From: Ruminococcus flavefaciens
GTDB taxonomy: Bacteria > Bacillota > Clostridia > Oscillospirales > Ruminococcaceae
Direction: 5' to 3'
Assembly (NCBI GenBank): GCA_023667045.1
Contig: JAMPAU010000001.1
Location: forward strand, 1,164,594-1,228,593
Length of the DNA stretch: 64,000 nucleotides
Shown: positions 19,800 through 27,287 of the stretch, piece by piece
How positions within the stretch are numbered: the first letter of the stretch is position 1
Layout: each line of letters opens with the position of its first letter
The notes under the pieces: model-generated
Told to the model about the DNA's origin: nothing
Database searches by the model: none
The model's input: only the letters and a program-made list of their open reading frames with translations
Program-made: the position numbers and the translations under genes

Positions 19800-20567
19800 A
19801 TGGAAGACAAACTGATAATAGGCGGTCGTGAATTTAATTCAAGGTTTATACTGGGCTCGGGAAAGTACTCCCTCAGCCTTATTGAATCGGCAGTGAAGTA
19901 TGCAGGAGCAGAAATAATAACCCTTGCTGTACGCCGTGCCAACTCAAAGGAACACGAAAACATTCTTGATTATATACCGGAAAATATAACACTTCTGCCG
20001 AATACTTCCGGAGCAAGAAACGCCGACGAGGCAGTAAGAATAGCACGTCTTGCAAGAGAACTGGGTTGCGGAGACTTTGTTAAAATAGAAATCATGCGTG
20101 ACAGCAAGTATCTTCTGCCGGACAACGCCGAAACCGTAAAGGCTACGGAAATCCTTGCGAAAGAGGGTTTTGTTGTAATGCCGTATATGTACCCCGATTT
20201 GTATACTGCTCGTGACCTCGTGAACGCCGGAGCGTCGACGGTAATGCCTTTGGCTTCTCCGATAGGCTCAAATAAGGGGCTTGCTACTAAGGAGTTTATA
20301 CAGATTCTTATTGACGAAATAGACTTGCCGATAATAGTTGACGCAGGGATAGGCAGACCGTCACAGGCTTGTGAGGCTATGGAAATGGGCGCTTCTGCTG
20401 TTATGTGCAACACTGCACTTGCTACCGCAGGAGACTTGCCGGTTATGGCTGAGGCTTTCAAACAGGCTGTACAGGCAGGCAGAAAGGCTTATCTTTCAGG
20501 ACTGGGACGTGTTCTCACACGTGGTGCTTCGGCAAGCGATACACTGACAGGATTTCTGCACGACTGA
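19800..20567 (+). CDS. thiG: Thiazole synthase
   Basis: [37 protein letters not shown]. Confidence 0.96.
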   Translation: MEDKLIIGGREFNSRFILGSGKYSLSLIESAVKYAGAEIITLAVRRANSKEHENILDYIPENITLLPNTSGARNADEAVRIARLARELGCGDFVKIEIMRDSKYLLPDNAETVKATEILAKEGFVVMPYMYPDLYTARDLVNAGASTVMPLASPIGSNKGLATKEFIQILIDEIDLPIIVDAGIGRPSQACEAMEMGASAVMCNTALATAGDLPVMAEAFKQAVQAGRKAYLSGLGRVLTRGASASDTLTGFLHD

Positions 20568-20576
20568 GGGAACTTT

Positions 20577-20945
20577 ATGAAACTTAAATGCAAAGACTGT
20601 AAAAAGTATGTCAATACAGCTACTGAAGGTCATGGCGTGTGTAGTCTGCCGAATAGTTGGTTTCCGGTTGAATCAGAAAACGACTGTCATTATTTGTCCG
20701 GTGCGGAGATTAAATGCAAAGACTGCGGACGTTTCGGTGCGGATTTAGCCTGTATTACGGCAGACGAAAATGACTGTGCAGATGATTGTATGTTATTTAT
20801 TGACATTGAAGAAGAAAATCTGCACGGTATATTCTGGAAATGGCTTCAGAGAGGAACTTACAGCCGTGAAAAAATAATGGAATTATGTGATGAATTTGAA
20901 AATTCAGAAAGATATAAGTTATTTCGTAATATTATGAATAAGTAA
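20577..20945 (+). CDS. Cys-rich hypothetical protein with two CKDC repeats
   Basis: 122-aa ORF after GAGGG RBS; KCKDC occurs twice. Confidence 0.7.
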   Translation: MKLKCKDCKKYVNTATEGHGVCSLPNSWFPVESENDCHYLSGAEIKCKDCGRFGADLACITADENDCADDCMLFIDIEEENLHGIFWKWLQRGTYSREKIMELCDEFENSERYKLFRNIMNK

Positions 20946-20993
20946 TATTTAATCATTGAATAACTTAAACTATAATATATTATAAAAACAACG

Positions 20994-21009
20994 TGTTCCA
21001 CATGGAACA
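20994..21009. promoter_or_regulatory. parS site (1 mismatch)
   Basis: TGTTCCACATGGAACA. Confidence 0.7.
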
Positions 21010-21060
21010 TTTTTCAGAAAAAACACGTATTCTGAAATATTCTCCGGAAAATTACAGAAA

Positions 21061-21076
21061 TGTTCCACGTGGAACA
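21061..21076. promoter_or_regulatory. parS site
   Basis: Perfect TGTTCCACGTGGAACA. Confidence 0.85.
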
Positions 21077-21111
21077 TAAAATATCATGAAATGCGGTGAA
21101 AACTAAATATT

Positions 21112-22362
21112 ATGGAAAATAATTACTTTATCGATTCGGATAAACTTTCCGAAAAGGCTTTAAAGAAAAAGCATGAACTTGAAAATAATCCGTCTGTCCG
21201 TACAGACCATATGGAGTATATGTCCGGTATGGAACAGATTAACTCTGATATACGTGACAAGATAATTTCAGAAATGAATAAATATGATTACAATTCATAT
21301 ACTCCGGAAGATGTCCGCAAGGCATTACAGCATGAGAGATGCACGGTTGAGGACTTCAAAGCCTTGCTGTCGCCGTCGGCAGAGCCTTTCCTTGAGGAAA
21401 TGGCAGAAAAAGCACGTCTTGAAACAAGAAAACATTTCGGGAATACCGTTTATCTTTTCACCCCTCTGTATATCGCCAACTACTGCGAAAACTACTGCGT
21501 ATACTGCGGTTTTAACTGCTACAACGACATAAAGCGTATGAAACTCAACATGGAACAGATTGAGAATGAAATGAAAGTCATAGCCGACAGCGGTATGGAA
21601 GAAATACTGATACTCACAGGTGAAAGCCGTGCTAAAAGCAGTGTGGAGTATATCGGCGAGGCTTGCAAGCTGGCAAGAAAGTATTTCCGCATGGTAGGTC
21701 TTGAAATATATCCGGTCAATACCGACGAATATAAATATCTTCATGAATGCGGTGCGGATTATGTCACAGTATTTCAAGAGACTTACGACAGCGTGCGTTA
21801 TGAGCAGTTGCACCTTATGGGACATAAAAGAGTATTCCCGTATCGTGTCGAAGCACAGGAGCGTGCTTTAATGGGCGGTATGCGTGGTATAGCTTGTTCG
21901 GCACTGCTTGGGCTTTCCGATTTCAGAAAAGACGCTCTTGCCAGTGCATTGCACGTTTACTATCTGCAAAGGAAATACCCTCACGCTGAAATATCCCTGT
22001 CATGTCCACGTCTCAGACCCATTATAAACAACGACAAAATAAATCCGCTTGACGTTCACGAAAAACAGCTTTGTCAGATACTCTGTGCCTACAGGATTTT
22101 TCTGCCGTTCTGTGGTATAACGGTTTCTTCACGTGAGAGCGAGAGTTTCCGCAACGGCATTGTGAAAATCTGTGCAACCAAAGTTTCGGCAGGTGTTTCT
22201 ACCGGCATAGGCGACCATGAAAGCAAGTACACAGGAAAGGAGAATGATTCAGCAGGTGACGAGCAGTTTGAAATAAACGACGGCAGAAGTTTCAGTCAGA
22301 TGTACAAGGATATGTCAGACGAGGGACTGCAACCTGTGCTGAACGATTATCTTTATGTTTAA
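21112..22362 (+). CDS. thiH: 2-iminoacetate synthase (radical SAM)
   Basis: PLYIANYCENYCVYCGF, FQETY, ALLGL; thi operon context. Confidence 0.93.
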   Translation: MENNYFIDSDKLSEKALKKKHELENNPSVRTDHMEYMSGMEQINSDIRDKIISEMNKYDYNSYTPEDVRKALQHERCTVEDFKALLSPSAEPFLEEMAEKARLETRKHFGNTVYLFTPLYIANYCENYCVYCGFNCYNDIKRMKLNMEQIENEMKVIADSGMEEILILTGESRAKSSVEYIGEACKLARKYFRMVGLEIYPVNTDEYKYLHECGADYVTVFQETYDSVRYEQLHLMGHKRVFPYRVEAQERALMGGMRGIACSALLGLSDFRKDALASALHVYYLQRKYPHAEISLSCPRLRPIINNDKINPLDVHEKQLCQILCAYRIFLPFCGITVSSRESESFRNGIVKICATKVSAGVSTGIGDHESKYTGKENDSAGDEQFEINDGRSFSQMYKDMSDEGLQPVLNDYLYV

Positions 22363-22954
22363 GATTATATGCGTTACTGACAGAAAGTCATGCAGAGAAG
22401 ATTTTCTGACACGTATTGAAAAAATAGCCGCAGCAAAACCCGACAGAATAATATTCCGTGACAAAAAAAGCAGTTATGATTATTATTTTGAATTTGCCAT
22501 GAAAGTTCTTAAAATAAGCGATAAATATAATGTCCCTTGTAGTGTTTATTCACACTTTGAAATAATGGGGGATATTCATATGACAATGCCAATGCTGGAA
22601 CATTTTCCGTTGAGTGATATTAATGCAAAAAGGTTTATAGGAGCTTCCATACATTCGGTTGAAGAGGCTGTAAAGGCTGAAAAAATGGGAGTTAATTACG
22701 TTATAGCAGGTCATATTTTTGAAACGGACTGCAAAAAAGGTCTTGCACCACGTGGACTTGATTTTCTGCATGAAGTCTGCAACAGCGTGAAAATACCTGT
22801 TTATGCAATAGGTGGAATAAATCCGGACAATATAAAGCTTGTCGCAGAGACAGGTGCGGGCGGAGCTTGCATAATGAGCGGTTTTATGGCTTGCGAAAAT
22901 CCACATGAATACATGAATCAGTTAAGAAAGGCGGTTGCAGAATTTGAAGTTTAA
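22355..22954 (+). CDS. ThiE/TenI-like protein (thiamine phosphate synthase family)
   Basis: ICVTDRK, ASIHSVEEA, GHIFETDCK, PVYAIGGI. Confidence 0.8.
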   Translation: MFKIICVTDRKSCREDFLTRIEKIAAAKPDRIIFRDKKSSYDYYFEFAMKVLKISDKYNVPCSVYSHFEIMGDIHMTMPMLEHFPLSDINAKRFIGASIHSVEEAVKAEKMGVNYVIAGHIFETDCKKGLAPRGLDFLHEVCNSVKIPVYAIGGINPDNIKLVAETGAGGACIMSGFMACENPHEYMNQLRKAVAEFEV

Positions 22955-23564
22955 TAAAGATATGCTGAAACTTTATGCAGTCACGGACAGAACGAATCTG
23001 AAAACAAGTCTTGAAACGGCAGTTGAGCAGGCTATACAGGGTGGTACAACGTGTGTGCAGTTGAGGGAGAAGAATATAAGCTTTGAGGAGTATGTTTCAC
23101 GTGCCGTTGAGATACGCAAGGTCTGCCATGCATATGGCGTACCACTGATAATAAACGACGATTACAGGGTAGCACTTGCGAGCAGTGCGGACGGTGTACA
23201 CGTCGGTGCGGAAGATACTGCTGTTGCCGAAATAAGAAAACACGTCGGTGAAAACTTCATAATTGGTGCTACTGCCAAAACCATACAGCAGGCTCAAAAG
23301 GCACAGTCTGAGGGTGCGGACTATCTCGGAGTAGGTGCGGTTTTTCCGTCCCCGACAAAGACCAACGCTATACGTATTACTCCGGAAATCCTCACAGAAA
23401 TCTGCAAAAGCGTAAGTATACCGGTAGTTGCGATAGGCGGAATAAGCCTTGAAAACGTCCATATAATAAAAGGTTGCGGACAGTCCGGAATAGCTGTAGT
23501 ATCGGCGTTGTTTGCACAGGAAGATGTAAAGCTCTCTGCGGAACGTCTTAGGGCAGAGTTATGA
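22944..23564 (+). CDS. thiE: Thiamine phosphate synthase
   Basis: LYAVTDR, VQLREK, INDD, DGVHVG, GAVFPSPTK, VAIGGI; TTG start 22944 chosen from RBS position. Confidence 0.9.
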   Translation: MKFNKDMLKLYAVTDRTNLKTSLETAVEQAIQGGTTCVQLREKNISFEEYVSRAVEIRKVCHAYGVPLIINDDYRVALASSADGVHVGAEDTAVAEIRKHVGENFIIGATAKTIQQAQKAQSEGADYLGVGAVFPSPTKTNAIRITPEILTEICKSVSIPVVAIGGISLENVHIIKGCGQSGIAVVSALFAQEDVKLSAERLRAEL

Positions 23565-23800
23565 AAAAGAAAATCATATTTATTGTTTTTATAGCTTTTG
23601 TTATAGTTATGTGCATTCCGGCAACAGAATATTACGACGACGGCGGAACAATTAAATACAACGCAATATTATGGAGCGTGACCAAACACCACAGCATGAC
23701 ATATGATTCAGACGGAAATTCCGGTTACAATATCGGCACGACCATTAGAATATTTTGTTTTGAGGTCTACAGCGACTATCCGAAATTCGTTGAGGTGTAG
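23561..23800 (+). CDS. Small secreted/membrane protein, paralog 1 of tandem triplet
   Basis: Hydrophobic N-terminus then DDGGTIKYNAILW; similar to the next two ORFs. Confidence 0.75.
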   Translation: MKKKIIFIVFIAFVIVMCIPATEYYDDGGTIKYNAILWSVTKHHSMTYDSDGNSGYNIGTTIRIFCFEVYSDYPKFVEV

Positions 23801-23801
23801 C

Positions 23802-24038
23802 ATGAAAAAGTTTAGAATAATAATTCCGCTGATTGTTGCGTTGATTCTGCTTGTACCTGTTAAAGTGGGTTACAAAGACGGTGGAACAATAAAATACAAC
23901 GCTTTACTATGGGGCGTAACCAAACACCACAGTATAACATTTGATTCAGACGGAAATTACGGCTACAATACAGGCACAACCGTCAGAATACTTTGTTTTG
24001 ACATTTACAGCGACTATCCGAAATTCGTTGAGGTGTAG
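23802..24038 (+). CDS. Small secreted/membrane protein, paralog 2
   Basis: MKKFRIIIPL...KDGGTIKYNALLW; ATG 23802 after GAGGTG. Confidence 0.75.
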   Translation: MKKFRIIIPLIVALILLVPVKVGYKDGGTIKYNALLWGVTKHHSITFDSDGNYGYNTGTTVRILCFDIYSDYPKFVEV

Positions 24039-24039
24039 C

Positions 24040-24285
24040 ATGAAAAAGTTTAGAATAATAATTCCGCTGATTGTTGCGTTGATTCTGCTTGTACCTGTTA
24101 AAGTGGGTTACAAAGACGGTGGAACAATAAAATACAACGCTTTACTATGGGGCGTAACCAAACACCACAGTATAACATTTGATTCAGACGGAAATTACGG
24201 CTACAATACAGGCACAACCGTTAGAATACTTTGGTTTGACATTTACAAGGATTTAAAATTTATTCCCGAACAGAAAGGAGCATGA
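24040..24285 (+). CDS. Small secreted/membrane protein, paralog 3
   Basis: Nearly identical DNA to paralog 2 (238-bp period), different C-terminus. Confidence 0.75.
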   Translation: MKKFRIIIPLIVALILLVPVKVGYKDGGTIKYNALLWGVTKHHSITFDSDGNYGYNTGTTVRILWFDIYKDLKFIPEQKGA

Positions 24286-24288
24286 TAA

Positions 24289-25074
24289 TTGAAAAAAGTA
24301 CTTACAATAGCAGGTAGCGACAGTTCCGGTGGAGCAGGCATACAGGCAGATATAAAGACAATGACTATGCATGGAGTTTATGCCATGAGTGCCATAACCG
24401 CCCTTACGGCTCAGAATACCACCGGAGTGCGTTCTATATATCCGGTAACGCCCGACTTCCTCGCACAGCAGATAGATATGGTCTTTGAGGACATACGCCC
24501 CGACGCTGTAAAAATCGGCATGGTGTCTTCTCCCGAACTCGCCGAAGTAATCGCTGAGAGACTTGTTTTCTACAGGGCGGAAAACATAGTAACCGACCCT
24601 GTGGCAGTTGCTACAAGCGGTTCAGAACTCAGCACGTCGGAAGCTTACGAGATAATAAAGAAAAAACTTTTTCCGATTTCAAGGCTTATAACCCCTAATA
24701 TCCCCGAAACTGAACTTATCTCCGGCATGAGAATAGAAAGTTCGGAAGACATGGAAAAAGTCTCTGAATATATTTCGGAAAAATATAACTGTGCAGTTAT
24801 GTGCAAGGGCGGACATTGCAAAGAAAATGCAGACGATTTCCTTTTCAGCAAGGGCAGGGGAGTATGGTTTAAAGGAAAACGTCTCACTGACAGCGAAATT
24901 CACGGCACTGGCTGTACGCTGTCAAGTGCCATAGCCTCAAATTTTGCAAAGGGCTATAGCATTGAAAAAAGTATACAGCTTGCAAAAGCCTATATTTCAG
25001 ACTGCATAGATACTTTGTCAGATATAGGTCACGGCTGTAAGCCACTTAATCACATGAAAGGAGTTTTGAAATGA
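24289..25074 (+). CDS. thiD: Hydroxymethylpyrimidine/phosphomethylpyrimidine kinase
   Basis: [37 protein letters not shown]. Confidence 0.95.
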   Translation: MKKVLTIAGSDSSGGAGIQADIKTMTMHGVYAMSAITALTAQNTTGVRSIYPVTPDFLAQQIDMVFEDIRPDAVKIGMVSSPELAEVIAERLVFYRAENIVTDPVAVATSGSELSTSEAYEIIKKKLFPISRLITPNIPETELISGMRIESSEDMEKVSEYISEKYNCAVMCKGGHCKENADDFLFSKGRGVWFKGKRLTDSEIHGTGCTLSSAIASNFAKGYSIEKSIQLAKAYISDCIDTLSDIGHGCKPLNHMKGVLK

Positions 25075-26384
25075 AAAACTACAGTACACAAATGGAAGCC
25101 GGTAAAAAAGGCATTATAACCCCAGAAATGAAAGCGGTTGCAGAAAAAGAGTATATCTCTCCGGAGGAACTCTGCAAACTTGTCGCAAAAGGTGAGGTCT
25201 GCATACCTTGCAACGTAAACCACAAGTCTATATCGCCGGAGGGAATAGGTTCACGCATGAGAACCAAAATAAATGTAAACTTAGGCATTTCCGGCGACTG
25301 CAACAATTACGACAACGAAATGAAAAAAGTTGACATGGCTCTGAAATATGGTGCGGACGCTATCATGGATTTGAGCAATTACGGCAAGACTAATACTTTC
25401 CGCCGACAGCTTATAGAAAAGTCTCCGGCAATGATAGGCACAGTTCCCATGTACGACGCTATCGGCTATCTTGAAAAGGATTTGCTTGAAATAAAGGCGG
25501 AAGATTTCTTGAAAGTAGTAGAGGCTCACGCAAAAGAGGGTGTTGACTTTATGACTATCCATGCAGGTATTAACCGCCGTGCCGTTGAGGCTTTCAGACG
25601 TGACAAGCGTAAGATGAATATTGTATCTCGTGGCGGTTCGTTGCTTTTTGCATGGATGATGATGACAGGCAATGAGAATCCTTTTTATGAATACTATGAT
25701 GACGTGCTTGATATTCTCCGTGAATACGACTGTACAATAAGTCTTGGTGACGCACTCCGTCCGGGCTGTATAGACGATTCAACAGACGCAGGACAGATTT
25801 CAGAGCTTATTGAACTCGGTGCTTTGACTGAACGTGCATGGGCTAAGGACGTACAGGTTATGGTTGAAGGTCCGGGACACATGGCTATGAACGAAATAAC
25901 CGCAAACATGAAGATTCAGAAGCGTATCTGCCACAATGCACCTTTTTATGTTTTAGGACCTCTTGTTACGGACATTGCACCTGGTTACGACCATATAACG
26001 TCCGCTATCGGCGGTGCTATAGCTGCCGCAAGCGGTGCGGACTTCCTCTGTTATGTAACTCCTGCCGAACACCTCCGTCTGCCCGACATAGCCGACGTTA
26101 AAGAGGGCATTATTGCAAGTCGTATAGCTGCCCACGCTGCCGATATTGCTAAGGGCATTCCGCACGCCACAGACCCCGACAACGCTATGGCAGAAGCACG
26201 TCATGCTGTTGACTGGGAAAAAATGTTTGATATTGCGATTGACGGCGACAAGGCACGTGAATATTTTGAAAGCACACCTCCGGCTGACCGCCACACCTGT
26301 TCAATGTGCGGACGAATGTGTGCAGTCCGCACGACAAATGCGATTCTCAACGGCGAGAAAGTCGAATTCTGTACGGAAAAGTAA
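25071..26384 (+). CDS. thiC: Phosphomethylpyrimidine synthase
   Basis: [48 protein letters not shown]-terminal CSMCGRMC. Confidence 0.97.
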   Translation: MKNYSTQMEAGKKGIITPEMKAVAEKEYISPEELCKLVAKGEVCIPCNVNHKSISPEGIGSRMRTKINVNLGISGDCNNYDNEMKKVDMALKYGADAIMDLSNYGKTNTFRRQLIEKSPAMIGTVPMYDAIGYLEKDLLEIKAEDFLKVVEAHAKEGVDFMTIHAGINRRAVEAFRRDKRKMNIVSRGGSLLFAWMMMTGNENPFYEYYDDVLDILREYDCTISLGDALRPGCIDDSTDAGQISELIELGALTERAWAKDVQVMVEGPGHMAMNEITANMKIQKRICHNAPFYVLGPLVTDIAPGYDHITSAIGGAIAAASGADFLCYVTPAEHLRLPDIADVKEGIIASRIAAHAADIAKGIPHATDPDNAMAEARHAVDWEKMFDIAIDGDKAREYFESTPPADRHTCSMCGRMCAVRTTNAILNGEKVEFCTEK

Positions 26385-26414
26385 AAAATAAGTCCCTGTA
26401 AAAAGGGACTTTTT
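26361..26414 (+). repeat. Direct repeat 1: last 24 nt of thiC plus terminator (att-like)
   Basis: gtcgaattctgtacggaaaagtaa-aaaataagtccctgtaaaaagggactttt; recurs at 26637 and 26915. Confidence 0.9.
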
Positions 26415-26425
26415 CGTGGTTTCTC

Positions 26426-26454
26426 TTGACAAAGCCGAATATTTATGATATACT
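26426..26454 (+). promoter_or_regulatory. Sigma70 promoter of mini-array copy B
   Basis: TTGACA, 17 bp, TG-extended TATACT. Confidence 0.88.
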
Positions 26455-26491
26455 TCTTTTAGCAAGGATTATTTAAAAGGGTCTTTTTAGT

Positions 26492-26578
26492 ATTTTCTCT
26501 GCATACGCAGGGGTGACCCGATGTGTGCGGTCCGCACAACAATATGATTCTATTTTCCCCGAGTTATCGGGGCTGTCC
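26492..26578 (+). CRISPR. Type I-E-like mini-array B (repeat, 32-nt thiC-matching spacer, degenerate repeat)
   Basis: ATTTTCTCTGCATACGCAGGGGTGACCC 26492-26519; spacer gatgtgtgcggtccgcacaacaatatgattct 26520-26551; ATTTTCCCCGAGTTATCGGGGCTGTCC 26552-26578. Confidence 0.85.
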
Positions 26579-26589
26579 TTGTTACAGTT

Positions 26590-26616
26590 AAGCACTTCTT
26601 CGGAGGTGCTTTTTTT
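26590..26616 (+). terminator. Intrinsic terminator of mini-array B
   Basis: aagcacttcttcggaggtgct followed by a T run; identical copy at ~26868-26894. Confidence 0.85.
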
Positions 26617-26636
26617 CGTGTCAGCATGGATAACCC

Positions 26637-26693
26637 GTCAAATTCTGTACTGAAAAGTAAAAAAATAAAGTCCCTTTTTACAGGGACTTTTTT
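26637..26693 (+). repeat. Direct repeat 2: variant thiC 3' end plus terminator
   Basis: gtcaaattctgtactgaaaagtaa...gtccctttttacagggactttt. Confidence 0.9.
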
Positions 26694-26703
26694 GTGATTT
26701 CTC

Positions 26704-26732
26704 TTGACAAAGTCGAATATTTATGCTATACT
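26704..26732 (+). promoter_or_regulatory. Sigma70 promoter of mini-array copy C
   Basis: TTGACA 26704-26709, 17 bp, TG-extended TATACT 26727-26732. Confidence 0.88.
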
Positions 26733-26768
26733 GTATTTAAAGCAAGGGCTATTAAAAAGGGTTTTAGT

Positions 26769-26856
26769 ATTTTCCCTGCATACGCAGGGGTGACCCCGTC
26801 GGAGACGAGTTTATGTTTTACCGCAACGAATTTTCCCCGCACACGCAGGGCTGTCC
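26769..26856 (+). CRISPR. Type I-E-like mini-array C (repeat, 33-nt spacer, degenerate repeat)
   Basis: ATTTTCCCTGCATACGCAGGGGTGACCC 26769-26796; spacer cgtcggagacgagtttatgttttaccgcaacga 26797-26829; ATTTTCCCCGCACACGCAGGGCTGTCC 26830-26856. Confidence 0.87.
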
Positions 26857-26914
26857 TTGCTACAGTTAAGCACTTCTTCGGAGGTGCTTTTTTTCGTGTC
26901 GGCATGGATAACCC

Positions 26915-26974
26915 GTCAAATTCTGTACTGAAAAGTAAAAAAAAATAAAGTCCCTTTTTACAGGGACTTTTTTT
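26915..26974 (+). repeat. Direct repeat 3: variant thiC 3' end plus bidirectional terminator
   Basis: Same as repeat 2 apart from A/T-run length. Confidence 0.9.
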
Positions 26975-27287
26975 ATGACATGATTGTTTCAAGCTTTTTC
27001 ACATGGACGGAAATATCATCAATACTTTCAAAGTCAACGACAGACTGACAGAAACATTCATCTTTATCAAAACTAACGCACTCCAAATCAACCCAGTAAC
27101 AGCCGTTGCTCTCAAATAAAGTTATTGTACCTTCGCTGTTTTTGGTAATAAGTTCAATCTTGTAATTATGATAATAGGTTTTTGTTTTCTTTTCATAGTA
27201 CGCATTTTTCACTGAAATTCCCATGTCAGACCATTTGTTTTTCTGCACTTTAAACCATTCGTCAAACAGTATGAATTTATCGTCCAT
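26973..27287 (-). CDS. Hypothetical protein
   Basis: 104-aa ORF coupled to the asnA stop. Confidence 0.65.
   Translation of the reverse strand: MDDKFILFDEWFKVQKNKWSDMGISVKNAYYEKKTKTYYHNYKIELITKNSEGTITLFESNGCYWVDLECVSFDKDECFCQSVVDFESIDDISVHVKKLETIMS

Noticed and set aside
21112-22362. HydG hydrogenase maturase
   Set aside because: Operon context (thiS/F/G, TPP riboswitch) and the lack of a C-terminal Cys cluster motif indicate ThiH.
23703-24039. Longer upstream starts given for ORFs 23703-24038 and 23941-24285
   Set aside because: The extensions are alternate-frame read-through of the preceding paralog; RBS-supported ATGs are at 23802 and 24040.
26361-26974. Complete CRISPR-Cas locus or CRISPR-associated transposon (CAST)
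   Set aside because: No cas1/2/3/5/6/7/8 or tnsABC/tniQ ORFs in the window. I saw no Tn7-like ends or 5-bp target duplication; the boundaries are ~55-bp gene-end direct repeats instead.
26694-26992. ORFs 26694-26948 (+) and 26726-26992 (-)
   Set aside because: They run through promoter, repeats and terminators of the cassette, lack an RBS and have no protein-like motifs.
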